Shown here one piece after another: positions 51,758-64,000 of a stretch of DNA of 64,000 nucleotides. The notes under the pieces were generated by a model that saw nothing but the letters and a program-made list of their open reading frames with translations, did no database searches and was not told where the DNA came from. Position 1 is the first letter of the stretch. Each line of letters begins with the position of its first letter. The stretch comes from Mobula hypostoma (Eukaryota). The stretch is taken from assembly GCF_963921235.1 (NCBI RefSeq), contig NC_086097.1, positions 201,502,001-201,566,000 on the forward strand. Direction: 5' to 3'. Both the position numbers and the translations under genes were made by a program.

Positions 51758-51949
51758 TCATTATCAGAGATGGAGATTTTCAGATTGGATTATAAAGGAG
51801 GTCTCCATTTGCACACTTCAGTGAATGTAAGAGAGGCGTATACAATACTTAAAAGAGATCTTCAGTCTGTGATCTCATCGGTATTTATCCCTCAACCTGT
51901 ATTGTGAAAAGTAAAATTTGTCTGACCGTTTTTCCAATAGTTTTTTAAA

Positions 51950-53005
51950 AAATTATAGAATTGTAGAAAATTTACAACACCAAGGAGGCCATTCATTCCA
52001 TCACATTCATGCTGGTCTACAAAGAGCTGCCAGTCTATTTCAGTCTTCAGTACTTGATCCACGTTTCTTCAATTACATATCCAGGCATGTGAGGAGAATT
52101 TCTTCCTTTCATCCTTTCAGCATGTGAGTTACATATCCCTACTTCCTTCCAGGTAATCTTTCCTTAACACTTTACTTGTCTTTCCGTCAGTTCCTTTAAT
52201 TCAATGTCTTCTGAATTTGGTCTCCTTTTCCGAGGAAACTAAATCCTTCCTATTTGTATTGGACTCTCTTAATGATATACACCTCAATTAAACCTTGGTC
52301 TCTTTGAATCAAAGAAAACAACCATACCAGTGAAAATAACCCTTCATAGTTACAGTTTTCCAGAACTGGCCAAGTTTTCTAAACCTTATCTGTACCCTTT
52401 CCAAAACAATGTTATCATTCCTTCAGTATACAGAACTGACAAAATGCAGCAAGTATTTATTTATAAAATAGTCTATATCTTTATTCCTTCTACCAAAGTT
52501 CATGACCTTACCCTTCCCTACACTACTTCTTTGCCCATTCTTATAACCTGTCTAAATCCTTCTGCAGGCTCCCTGCTTCCTCAACACTACCTGCCCCTCC
52601 ACCCATCTTCATATTGTCTGCAAACTTGGCCACAAAGACATCAAGTTTATTATCCAAATCATTAACACATAATTTGAATACGTAGCAGCGGTCCTGTAAA
52701 ACACCGCTAGTCACCAGCAGACAACATTCCCAACAATGGACTCCAACATCTTCCCAACCACTGAAGTCAAGCTAACTGGCCTAGAATTTTATTTTTTCTG
52801 CCTCCCTTCTTCCTTCTTAAAGGGTGGGAAGACATTTAGAATTTTTCAGTCCTCCAGAACCATTCCATAATCTAGTGATTCTTGAAAGATTACTACTAGT
52901 GCCTTACAATCTCTTCAGCTACCTCTTTCAACACCCTGGGGTGTAATCTTTTGGGTCCAGGTGGCCGATCTGCTTTCAACCTTTCAGCTTCCCAAGCACC
53001 TTTTG
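51950..53005 (-). mobile_element. Degraded CR1 fragments
   Basis: Similar to 21066-23530 (e.g. tctagtgattcttgaaagat, ctgcaaacttggc). Confidence 0.65.
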
Positions 53006-53045
53006 CTGAATATTTTTGAAAAGTAATCATTTATGGCATGTATAT

Positions 53046-53905
53046 TGTTACGTACCCCATAACTGGGTTGCCAAACCAGCAGAAATGGATCACTCAGTTG
53101 GAGTCTGGAGTACTAGAACTAAGAAAGTTTTATTAAAGAAACAAGCAACACATTAATCGAAAGGATAATAAATGCAACAGTTCAGCGATGATAAACGCAC
53201 ATGTGCACAGAATTAAGATAACAGCATCAATCAAGCTCTATCGTTGTCTAGGGGTAAATGACCAATTTCAAAATGACTCAAAGTTCAGTCCAGTTAGTAG
53301 TTCAGTTCGCAGTAATCGTTGCCATGGCGATGGACAAGGTGGGGGAAGAGAGACAGAGAGAACAGGAACAACTCATAATTCAGCACAGCTTCACTCACAG
53401 ACCAGCGAGATTGCTCACGAGCAACTTTTGGGCGGGTCCTTGGTGATGTCACCTGAGGTCACCGACTGTGACCCCTCCTCCAGATGCGGTCGATCCTCTG
53501 CAGTGAACCCGGCACCCAGGCAAGGGCGGACACACACCGGGTTCCCGCTGATCGTACCTTTCCACCCTTGTCGTTGTCTGGTACTTCTCATCCACTCGTG
53601 AGAGGCGCACCGCTTCCAGGGTCTCGTTACCTCGGGTGGCGTGTGTCCTGTCTTAGCGAACCTGTCCCTTTTTATCCCCCTGCTGGGGTATCGCCTGTCC
53701 ATCACTTCAAACAGTTCAGGGTTCAAAGGGGGGAGCCGCTCCAGACAGCTCTCTCTCCCCCATTCCTTCATTACACATCTCCAGACGCTGCTCCATTGTT
53801 CCTTATCTCTCCTTCCCCTGAGGGCAGGTGGCAGACCAACTGCTGATGCCACTGATGCTAGCCCAGGCCAGCAAACATCTTAATTTTATGTGTATTCTCG
53901 TAACA
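53046..53905 (-). mobile_element. Solo LTR (4-bp TSD atat), related to 47546-48375
   Basis: Perfect terminal inverted repeat TGTTACG...CGTAACA; TSD at 53042-53045 and 53906-53909. Confidence 0.9.
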
Positions 53906-54324
53906 ATATCAATCTATATGTATATTCATTCTGCAAAAAGGAAACAAAGGAAATTAGGCTTTGTAGTTACTTTAGCCAAGTAACATTCATAAGTTACAGA
54001 ATACTTAAAGAAAATGGTATGCATTTATATTAGCGTCTTTGCAATTTCTAAGTATTCCAAAATACCTCACAGCTAATGGAATAATGTTTATCGTTATAAT
54101 GCAAGAAGGAATAGTATCCATTTTGCACAGAGCAAGCTGAACATGGTGCTGTGATAATTCTTTTGCAATATTGATTGAGGGACAAATATGAAACAGTACA
54201 TTGGAGTAATTTGCCTGTTCTTCTAAGTATTTTGAAAAGATGTACCTGAAAAAGAAGGAAAAGTCTTTGTCTAATATCTCCCTTGCAGTGCAGCACTCCC
54301 TCTGTCCTTCACTTGAGTGTCAGT

Positions 54325-55357
54325 CTATATAACAATTTAACAATTACAGCACGGAAACAGGCCATCTCGGCCCTTCTAGTCCATGCCGAACTCTTACTCT
54401 CACCTAGTCCCACCGACCTGCACTCAGCCCATAACCCTCCATTCCTTTCCTGTCCATATATTATCCAATTTAACTTTAAACAACAACATCAAGCCTGCCT
54501 CAACCACTTCTGCTGGAAGCTCATTCCACACAGCTACCACTCTCTGAGTAAAGAAGTTCCCCCTCATGTTACCCCTAAACTTTTGTCCTTTAGTTCTCAA
54601 CTCATGTCCTCTTAATTGAATCTTCCCCACTCTCAATGGAAAAAGCCTATCCACGTCAACTCTATCAATCCCCTTCATAATTTTAAACACCTCTGTCAAG
54701 TTCCCCCTCAACCTTCTACACTCCAAAGAATAAAGACCTAACTTGTTCATCCTTTCTCTGAAACTTAGGAGATGAAACCCAGGCAACGTTCTAGTAAATC
54801 TTCTCTGTACTCTATTTTGTTGACATCTTTCCTATAATTTGGTGACCAGAACTGTACACAATACTCCAAATTTGGCCTTACCAATGCCCTATACAATTTC
54901 AACGTTACATCCCAACTCCTATACACAATGCTCTGATTAATAAAGGCCAACATACCAAAAGCTTTCTTCACCACCCTATCCACATGAGATTCCACCTTCA
55001 GGGAACTATGCACCATTATTCCCAAATCCCTTTGTTCTACAGCATTCTTCAATGTCCTACCATTTACCATGTATGTCCTATTTTGATTAGTCCTACCAAA
55101 ATGTAGCACCTCACATTTTTCAGCATTAAACTCCATCTGCCATCTTTCAGCCCACTCTTCTAACTGGCCTAAATCTCTCTGCAAGCTTTGAAAACCTACC
55201 TCATCATCCACAACGCCACCTATCTTAGTATCATCTGCATACTTACTAATCCAATTTACCACCCCATCATCCAGATCATTAATATATATGAGAAACAACA
55301 CTGGACCCAGTACAGATCGCTGAGGCGCACTGCTGCACACCGTCCTCCAATCAGACT
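54325..55357 (-). mobile_element. CR1 LINE, 5'-truncated (same subfamily as 3236-4907)
   Basis: SKYADDTKIGG and RPNLEYCVQFWSP. Confidence 0.93.
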
Positions 55358-56717
55358 AGGTTTTGTGCGTTCAAGTTTTAGACTAGGATTTGAGCCCACA
55401 TAATTGGAACTAGGCCACAGATGTAAAAGCTGTCCAAGAGTTTCTCAGTTGATGCTATTCAGTGAGATTATCAATATTCACCATTGTAAAATTGAAAGCA
55501 CCCTTCGAAGTTCAAAGTAAATTTATTATCAAAATACATATATGTCAAGATATACCATCCTGAGATTCATTTTCTTGCAAGCATTCATAGTAAATGGAAA
55601 GAAACACAATAGAATCAATGAAAACCCGTTGATTTCCATGCATATGTTGTTTAACTGCAATTCTAAAAATTGCTGTCACTGACTCAGTGCTCCTACAGTA
55701 GCTCTCTACTTCTCTTTTCCAAAATATTTACTATGCCATAACAGATCTCTCTGCCGAAGTTTAAGTAGAGCAGAAAACGCTTGGAACATCGTATTTATCT
55801 GAAAAACTATGTTTAGTATTATTTATATTACCTGTAGTCACTGAACTTCAGTTGATCAGGTCAAGTCAGTGTTTCCGCAGTGCTCTTTCAAATAAATGTA
55901 GGGTCTCAAGTCAGTTGGAGTTGTTGGATCTGGAGCTGCTTTGGAAGTCAAGAATGAGGCATAAACTTGGTGGTTACTGCTGTTTTATTGGGTGTTGTGG
56001 GAACAAAAGAATGAATAAAAAAACAAAGAACAAAGTTGTGGTAGTCTTATACTAAAAACTAGCTCAGATTAGACAGATAAATGTCATGCCATTGACAAGA
56101 AGTAAACTATGAAATGGGTTCAGTGGCATAACAGGCTGCAGAAAATCTTAGGAAAAACAGAACTAGCTGTACTACCATTTCTGAAAATTCACTAAATGAT
56201 TACACATAAATAGGTGATTATATAAAAACTTAAGCAAGCATGGAGAAAGTTAATCTACTAAGAAAAGTAACAATTTTGGACCTTAACTCAAAAGTTCCTC
56301 TACAGCGTGTGCGGGTGGGGTGGGGGGGGGGTCCAAAGTTTGATATCCAAGGTACCTCATCCATTGACATTTTTAGACAGATAATAAAAAGCTACTTGAG
56401 AGAATACCAGGACAAAGGAATGGGTTTAATGTTAGAAATTCTAACTATTGTTGCCAGAAAGCACTTCTCACAAAAGGTAGTGGAAATCTGAAGCACTGAG
56501 TATCAGTCAATTATAATTATCAGAATCAGGAGGGATAAATATTTGTTTGCAAGATAATAAAGAAATGCAACCAAGACAGACATAAATCATGAACAATTTA
56601 ATTGAATGGCATAAGAAATTTAAGAGACTGCAAAGCCTAATCGTGACCATATACCTTTTTACATTTTTTTAATTATTTTTTAATTTTAAAACAATTTTCA
56701 TTAAAAATAACTCTGAA

Positions 56718-57481
56718 ATGACACTGAAGTTGGGGGTGTTGCAGGTAGTCTGGAGGGTTGTCAGAGGTTACAGCGCAACATTGATGGGATGTAGTGCCAG
56801 GCTGAGAAGTGGCAGATGGAGTTCGACCCAGATAAGTGTGAAATGGTTCATTTCAGTAGGTCAAATTTGAAGACAGACTATGATATTAATGGTAAGACTC
56901 TAGGCAGTGTGGAGGATCAGCAAGATCTTGTGGTCCGTGTCCATAGGGCACTCGAAGCTGCTGCACAGGTTGACAGTGTTGTTAGGAAGGCATGGGATTG
57001 AGTTCAGGAGCCGTGAGGTAATGTTACAGCTATACAAGACCTTAGTTAGACCCTACTTGGAGTATTGTGTTCATTTCTGGTCACCTCACTACAGGAAGGG
57101 TGTTAATACTATAGAGAGAGTGCAAAGGAGACTTACAAGGATGTTGCCTGGATTGGAGAGCATTGCTTATGAGAATAGGTTGAGTGAACTTGGCCTTTTC
57201 TCCTTGGAGCAATGGAGTTTGAGAGATGGCCTGAAAGAGGTGTATAAGATGATGAGAGACATTGATCATGCGGATAGCCAGAGGCCTTTTCCCAGGGCTA
57301 AAATGGCTAACATGAGGGGGATGTCAGAGGTAAGTTTTTCACACACACAGCGGTGAGTGCATGGAATGCACTGCCAGTGACAGTGGTAGAGGTGGATACG
57401 ATAGGGTCTATTAAGAGACTCTTAGGTATATGGAGCTCAGAAAACTAGAGGGCTATGTGGTAGGGAAATTCTAAGCAGTTT
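56718..57481 (+). mobile_element. CR1 3' fragment
   Basis: RPYLEYCVHFWSPHYRK. Confidence 0.88.
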
Positions 57482-57885
57482 CCTGCTGCCATCAGGAAGA
57501 AGGTACAGGAGCCTCAGGACCTTCACTACCAGGTTCTGGAACAGTTATTACCCCTCAGCCATCAAGTTCTTGAAACAGTGGCAATAACTTCATTCAACTT
57601 CATTTGCCCCTTTATTGAACTCTTCCCACTACGGACTCAAGGACTCTTCATCTCATTTTCTCAATATTTATTGCCAATTTATTTTGGTTTTTTTTGTCTT
57701 GTATTTGCACAGTTTGGTTTTTGTACATTGGTTATTTGTCCGCCCTGTTGGTTGTGGTCTTTCATTGATTCTATTATGGTTCTTCAATTTACTGACTATG
57801 ACCGCAAGAAAATGAATCTCAAGGTTGTATATGGTGTCATATATGTACTTTGATAATAAGTTTACTTTGAAAGTTTTGAACTTTG
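57482..57885 (+). mobile_element. Rex/Babar 3' end and UTR
   Basis: ctgctgccatcaggaagaaggtacaggagc (LLPSGRRYRS); actttga-type tail. Confidence 0.75.
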
Positions 57886-58119
57886 AGAGATTTTGGGAAT
57901 GAACAGATGAGCTTTTTGTTGCAACCTATTGCTGTCCCCCATTGTTATATGGTTAATAGAAACCCTGAAATGTTTTCAGTGAGGGATTTGTAATTGAAAT
58001 CATAAGGGAAGCAGTGGACATTTTGTTGTAGGTAGCCACTGCTTGGTATTTGCTTAACATGAATCTAAGATCCCAAGTCTCAGACTAAGGTTGTCATTTC
58101 GTCTTGTAGGAGTTAACGT

Positions 58120-58335
58120 TACATAAGAACATAAGAAATATGAGCCATCTGGTTGAGCCAGCTCTGTCATTCAATAACATCATAGTTGATCTGGCCATGG
58201 AATCAGCTTCGTCGTCCTGCCTTTTCCTCATAACCCTTAATATCCGTTGCTATCCACAAATCTGTGCCTTAAATATATCTAATGATGTAGCCTCTGGGTA
58301 AGAATTCCACAGATTCACTAGTCTCTTGTGAAAAC
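58120..58335 (-). mobile_element. Old CR1 3' end
   Basis: acataagaacataagaaata tail and gaattccacagattcac. Confidence 0.65.
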
Positions 58336-59479
58336 AGTATCTATTATCAGTAAAGTTCTACATTTCTTCATCTTCCAATATAGGTAAGATCATTTATGAA
58401 GAAATTGACGATGGTTGGGCTAAGGTTATAGCTCTGAGGAGCAGCTTCAAAAATGCAGAATTCCTTTTCCTTGGGACAAAGTAGGACAAGTAAATATTTA
58501 AACTCGTAACTACAACTAAAAGTTAAGAATGGTAAAAGTGCATTGATAGATTTTTGTTTTTGGAGAGAAGTCATTTTATTATTTCTAATAAACTGATTAA
58601 GATTGAACCTGTAATGACAGAAGTGCAACATCACCACCAATGGATAAAGTGTGCATTGCAGGCATTAGTCAGATCTAATTTATCTTTTGAAATTCACATG
58701 GTTGAATGTTGCATAAAAATTACTAGAGTTTTTTAAAAACAAAGAAAAAGTCTTTCTCATGCTGGGGATCTGAAATAAAAATTGAAAATGCTGGAAACAC
58801 TCAGCAGGTCAAGCAGTATCAGTAGAGAAAGAGACAGAGAGAAACAATATTAATGGTTCAGTTCAGTAATTTTTCATAGCATCCTTATTATTAAAAAAGT
58901 AAAATAATTACTATGAATTTCAATATACTGAGAACAGATTCTCAGTGGCACTCTTTTCAGTATTAATAACTAAAGAAAGAAAAATATTACATTTATTTTT
59001 TGTTCTCTGTAACCTTGAGATTTCATAATATACTTTTGTAATAGCAGAAATATAATGAAGGTTTGATCTTTTTAGTGATATTGTTTAAGAGATAAACATT
59101 AGCCAATACATCATAATGAACACCTTTGGTATTCATAATATCAGTTTGGGGAATCCATTTAAGAGGCTGGACTGAAGTTTATTCAGTATCTCTTTGTAGA
59201 AAAAGCGACTTTAAAAGTACAGTGCTCTGTTGAGAACAAAAGGAAACTAACAGTAATCATTCATTCTAGATTATGTCATAAAATCCTTGGAGTGAGTCAA
59301 ATTCACAACCTTCTGATTCATGCAAAGCACCAATATTTTTCCATCACAGACAATACAGTGCTTGAGCATCTCATATTCTGAGATTTTCATGTACTGATCT
59401 GTAATAAAGAGGTGCAAAGGGAGTCCTTGTTATCTGAATTGGATATCATGTTCAGAACAGGTATGTTGCAATATGAAGG

Positions 59480-60399
59480 AAGGACAAAGGATGGCAAGGT
59501 AATAGAACCTTGAATATTGAGTGAGGGGGATTTATTCAAGAAGGAATGTAAAGCATAGGTAGATTTAGGAAACTAAAAATCAAATAGAGCCCTTGAGGAT
59601 TATAAAGAAGCCAGAAGAGAACTCAAGAAGGGAATTGAGAAAGCCAGGAGGTGCCAGGGAAAGTCTGTGGCAAGTAGGAGTAAAAGAGACTCCAAAGCCA
59701 TTCTATTCATCAGAATCAGAATCAGGTTCAGTATCATTCGCATATGTTGTAAAATTTGTTAACTTTACAACAGCAGTACAATGAAGTACATGATAAATAT
59801 AGAGAAAAAAAACTGAATTGCAGTATATACGTATATGTCTATTAAACAGTTCAATTAAAATAAGTATTGGAGAAAAACAAATACAAAAAAAGTAGTGAGG
59901 TAGTGTTCCTGTTCAATGTCAATTTAGAATTTGGATGGCAAAGGGGAAGAAGCTGTTCCAGAATCGCTGAGTGTGTGCCTTCAGGCTTCTGTACTTACAT
60001 CAATAACAAGAGGATAACTACCAAAAGGGCAGGACCACTCATGGATAAAGAAAGAACTTAGAGGCAGAGGATGTGCATGAGGTTCTAAATGAGCATTTTG
60101 CATCAATATTTGCAAAGAAGGGCATGGGGGATAGGGAGACCAGTGTGGAGCATGCTAATATGCAAGAGCATTTTAAGATGAAAAAGGAAGCAGTGCTCGG
60201 TCTCTTAAAGAACATAAAGCTGGATAAACCCTAGACGTGGCTGAGGAACTGGCGCATGAGGCAGGGGTTCAGACTTTTGGGTCATTGGGATCTCTTTTGG
60301 GATGGTACAATCTGTACAAATGAGATGAGTTGCACCTGACCCTAAGGGGGTCCACTTCTTGCAGGTAAGTTGGCCAGAGTTGCTTGAGAGGGTTTAAAA
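59480..60399 (+). mobile_element. CR1 fragments with a minus-strand Rex/Babar 3' UTR inserted at ~59708-59995
   Basis: ETPKPFY continues as YINNKRIT after the insert; atcagaatcagaatcag tail. Confidence 0.65.
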
Positions 60400-60401
60400 T
60401 A

Positions 60402-61665
60402 CAGTGCTGATAAAAAGTATTCACACCCCACCCCCCCCCCACCACCTTGGAAGTTCAAATGTTTTATTGTTTTACAACATTGAATCACAGTGGATTTAAT
60501 TTGGCTTTTTTTGACACTGATCAACAGAAAAAGACCTATGTCCAAGTAAAAATAGATCTCTACAAAGTGGTCTAAATTAATTACAAATATAAAGCACAAA
60601 ATAATCAATTACCTAAGTATTCACACCCTGTCATATACATACTAATGTATCACTGGTGCAGTCATTTGGTTTTAGAAGTTACGTAATTAGTTAATGGAAA
60701 TCAGCTGAGCGTAGTCAAGGTGTTTCAATTGTTGCAGTAAAATATACCTGTATCTGGAAGGTCCAACTGCTGGTGAGTCAGTATTCTGGCAAAAAGTACA
60801 CCATGAAGATAAAAGAACACTCCAAGCAACTCCACAGAAAGGTTATTGAAAAGCACGCCAGGAGACGGAAAATTGCCAAGTCATGAGTATCCCTTGGAAA
60901 ATACAGTTAAGTCAATCATCATGAAATGGAAAGAACATGGCACAGCTGTAAATCTACCCAGAGCAGACCGTTCTCAAAAACTGAGTGACCCTGGAAGAAG
61001 GAGACTACTGAGGGAGGCCACCAAGAGGCCTATGACAGTTCTGGAGGAGTAACAAGCTTCACTGGCTAAGATAGGAGAAACTGCGCATACAACAAATGTG
61101 GCCCAGGTGCTTCACCAGTCACAGCTTTATGGGAGAGTGGCAAAGAGAAAGTCACTTTTGCAGAAAACCTCACATGAAATCTCAGCTAGAGTTTGCCGGA
61201 AGGCATGTAGGAGACTCTGAAGTCAGCTGAAAGGAGGTTCTATGGTCTGATGAAACCAAACTTGAGCTTTTTGGCCATCAAGCTAAACGCTATGTTTGCC
61301 TTAAGCCAAACTCCACAGATCATCAAAAGCACATCATCCATACCACAGAGCATGGTGGTGGCTATATCATGCTATGGGATGATTCACTGCAGCAGGCCCT
61401 GGAAGGCCTGTGAAGGTAGAGGGTAAAATGAATGCAGCAAAATACAGGGAAATTCTGGAGGAAAAGCTGATGCAGTCTGCAAGAGAACTGTGACTTGGGA
61501 GAAGATTTGTTTTCCATCGGGATAATAACCCCAAATATAAAGCCAAAGCTACTCAAGAATGGCTTAAAAACAACAATGTTAATGTCCTAGAGTGGTCAAG
61601 TCAGAGTCCAGACCTCAATCCAATTGACAGTTTGTGGCTGGACTTGAAAAGGGCTATTCACTCAT
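60402..61665 (+). mobile_element. Tc1 transposon, decayed transposase, right end missing
   Basis: TA|CAGTGC start; internal repeat aagtattcacaccc; [43 protein letters not shown]. Confidence 0.9.
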
Positions 61666-61817
61666 GCCCCAAACCCCCAATTCCCTCCTTTGCACAAAAG
61701 CTCAGAGATCGCCCACACAGAAAATGGCAGCTGAGACATCAAACATCAAACCCCAAACCCCCCCCCAAAAAAAAAGCAAAAATAGCATCAAACCCCAACA
61801 AAAAAACTAACAGGTTA

Positions 61818-62202
61818 TACGAGGGGTGATTGATAAGTTGGTGGCCTAAGGTAGACGGAGTCAATTTTAGAAAACCTAGCACATTTATTTTTCAACATAG
61901 TCCCCTCCCACAGCTGTCGTTACATGCACGTGCAGTTCAACTCTTTGATTATGCAGAAAGTTTGAAGTTAATAACTCATCTCCTTCTACCTTAGGCCACA
62001 AACCTATCAATCACCCCTGCTGTGGACCACTTCCTGGAGGTCCAAGATGCCGACTTCTACAAAGAAGGGATCCGTATGCTCCATGACCGCTGGACTAAGT
62101 GTGTAAATGTAGGAGGGGACTATGTTGAAAAATAAATGTGCTGAGTTGTCTAAAATTAATTCCTTCGACCTTAGGCCACGAACTTATCAATCACCTCTCG
62201 TA
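61818..62202 (+). mobile_element. Mariner-derived MITE
   Basis: TIRs tacgaggggtgattgataagt / acttatcaatcacctctcgta with TA flanks; C-terminal remnant FYKEGIRMLHDRWTKCVNVGGDYVEK*. Confidence 0.9.
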
Positions 62203-62218
62203 TAAACTGCATTACTTG

Positions 62219-62520
62219 AAGGCATCCGTTAGTCTTGTGCGACCATGGATCTGCACCTGGAAAGTCTTCACTCTCCAGGTGCAGGCCTGGGCAAGGTTGT
62301 ATGGAAGACCGGCAGTTGCCCATGTTGCAAGTCTCCCCTCTCCACAACACCGATGTTGTCCAAGAGAAGGGCAAGAACCGATACAGCTTGACAGCAGTGT
62401 CGTCGCAGAGCACTGTGTGGTTAAGTGCCTTGCTCAAGGACACAATACGCTGCCTCGGCTGGGGCTCGAACTCATGACCTTCAGGTCACTAGTCAAGTGC
62501 CTTAACCACTTGGCCACATG
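62219..62520 (-). mobile_element. tRNA-derived SINE
   Basis: Minus strand reads TGGCCAAGTGGTTAAGGCA...GAGTTCGAGCCCC, followed by a non-tRNA body. Confidence 0.8.
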
Positions 62521-63032
62521 TCCACTCTGCATTACATAAAGCAATATATAATCCACAGTCCAATAATCACATAAATCTTAGAATTTTGAAAACATCATCC
62601 TGTCAGAATCAAATTCAGTCCTTCCATGAAGAGCATTTGCTACGCCGCCGACCTGTGACCTTCCAAACACTACACCACATCTAGTAACCTTCTGAATGCT
62701 GCCAACCCGACTACCAACGCATCTACCTGTGGCCTCTGTAAAGATTGACCATCCGGCCACCAACCCATGTGTAGAAACATTGCTCATAGTTTTAAGAATA
62801 AGAGGGTTGTATTAGTGGGAGTTATTAATTTCCCTAATATTGATTGGGCCACTCAAAAGAGTTAAGGATCTGGATAGAGTGAAATTTGCAAAACGTATTC
62901 AGAAAGGTTTCCTGGGCCAATACATAATGGGCTATACTCAGTTGGATACAATATTAGAGCTCTTAAGGAACAAGGCAGGGCAAATAACTGAAGTGGCAGT
63001 TAGGGACAACTTTGGCTTTAGTGACCATAAAT

Positions 63033-63327
63033 AGGATTCAGATTGGCTTTATTTATCACATGTACATCAAAATCCACAGTGAACTACATTGTTTGCATCA
63101 CCGGCCAACTCATTCCAAGATGTGCTGGGCACAGCTGCAAGTGTCACTGCTCTTCTGGTGCCATGTAGCATGCCCATAACTTACTAACCCTAACTTGTAT
63201 GTATTTAGACTGTGGGAGGAAACCAGGGCACATAGAGAAAACCCACTCATTCCACTTGGAGGACTTACAGATGACATCGGATTTGAACTTCCAACTCTGA
63301 TGCCTCACGCTATAGTACACCACTGTA
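63033..63327 (-). mobile_element. V-SINE/HE1-like SINE inside CR1 remnants (62860-63515)
   Basis: gactgtgggaggaaaccagggcac..gaaaacccac V-SINE-type core; LINE-like tail at the left. Confidence 0.6.
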
Positions 63328-64000
63328 GTCAGCATGGCTTTGTGCATGGAAAGTCATGTTTGATTAATCTTTTAGAGGCTTTTGAAAAGATAATCAAAAG
63401 TTTAGAATAGAATAGGACAGTAGATGTTTATTTGGACTTTAGCAAGGCCTTTGACAAGGTCCCCACAGTGGAATTCAGTGAGACCTAGTTAGGTGGATTC
63501 AAAATTGGCTCAGACATAAATTTGGCAAAAGGAGGATGGGACACAAGTAGATGCATTTGGGGTGATATTCAGTCAAATATAGAACAACTAAACAAGTTAG
63601 TCTAGTAGGCAGAGCAGACATGAGCATGATAGGAGTATTTTAATGCAAGAGCCAGAACTTGAAGCATTACTCAGCATGTGGAATTCTGATATTGTTGCAA
63701 TCACTGAGAAAAATGGGCAAGACTGCCAACAGGCACCTATTGTACCAATGTCCAAGAAGACTTCTGTTAAGATGGCGACATGCTCGGATTCATCGCCCTC
63801 TACAGCAGCCAACCAAAGGTGTTATTGCCTTTTTTATCGCAAGAGACTGCTGGGCATTAGGAACTTCAGGTACTGTGGATCTACCCCATCAGCAAGTTGC
63901 TGGTTGGCAGAGGAGCTGGACGGGGTGCGGACCGTGTTGCTTCCTGCTTCTGAGAGGCATCAGAGTTGGAGTGATTATCTTAGTTGTTTTCTTGTGATCG

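Noticed and set aside
24796..62520. tRNA genes at 24796, 34440, 41264 and 62450
   Set aside because: The A/B boxes run into SINE bodies, and two copies have TSDs. They are SINE heads, not tRNAs.
1..64000. Prokaryotic systems (CRISPR, operons, defence loci) or an intact autonomous transposon
   Set aside because: The DNA is vertebrate intron, there is no repeat-spacer array, and every RT or transposase frame is truncated or disrupted.
63600..64000. ORFs at the window end
   Set aside because: No ASXL similarity or recognisable motif. Probably old repeat sequence.

Overview
Eukaryotic, AT-rich, transposon-dense vertebrate DNA. The CR1/Penelope/Rex-Babar/V-SINE repeat mix points to a cartilaginous fish such as a ray (inference). 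The whole window lies inside one plus-strand gene, an ASXL-family Polycomb regulator that best matches ASXL3. It contains three clear coding exons (11055-11163, 12726-12834, 43196-43323), a probable 3-nt microexon (AAG, 1541-1543) and a 30.4-kb intron. The rest is intronic and mostly decayed, often nested mobile elements: CR1, Rex/Babar, RTE, Penelope with hammerhead ribozyme motifs, a BEL/Pao relic, solo LTRs, hAT, Tc1/mariner and SINEs. The most unusual object is a ~394-bp TSD-flanked minus-strand insert at 40748-41141. It begins with the 27 nt of 28S rRNA that precede the R2 insertion site, folds by eye into an HDV-like ribozyme, has no recognisable ORF and lies outside rDNA. It is a candidate non-autonomous R2 derivative that has left its rDNA target. 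Family assignments come from motif recognition, not database searches, and boundaries of old repeats are approximate.
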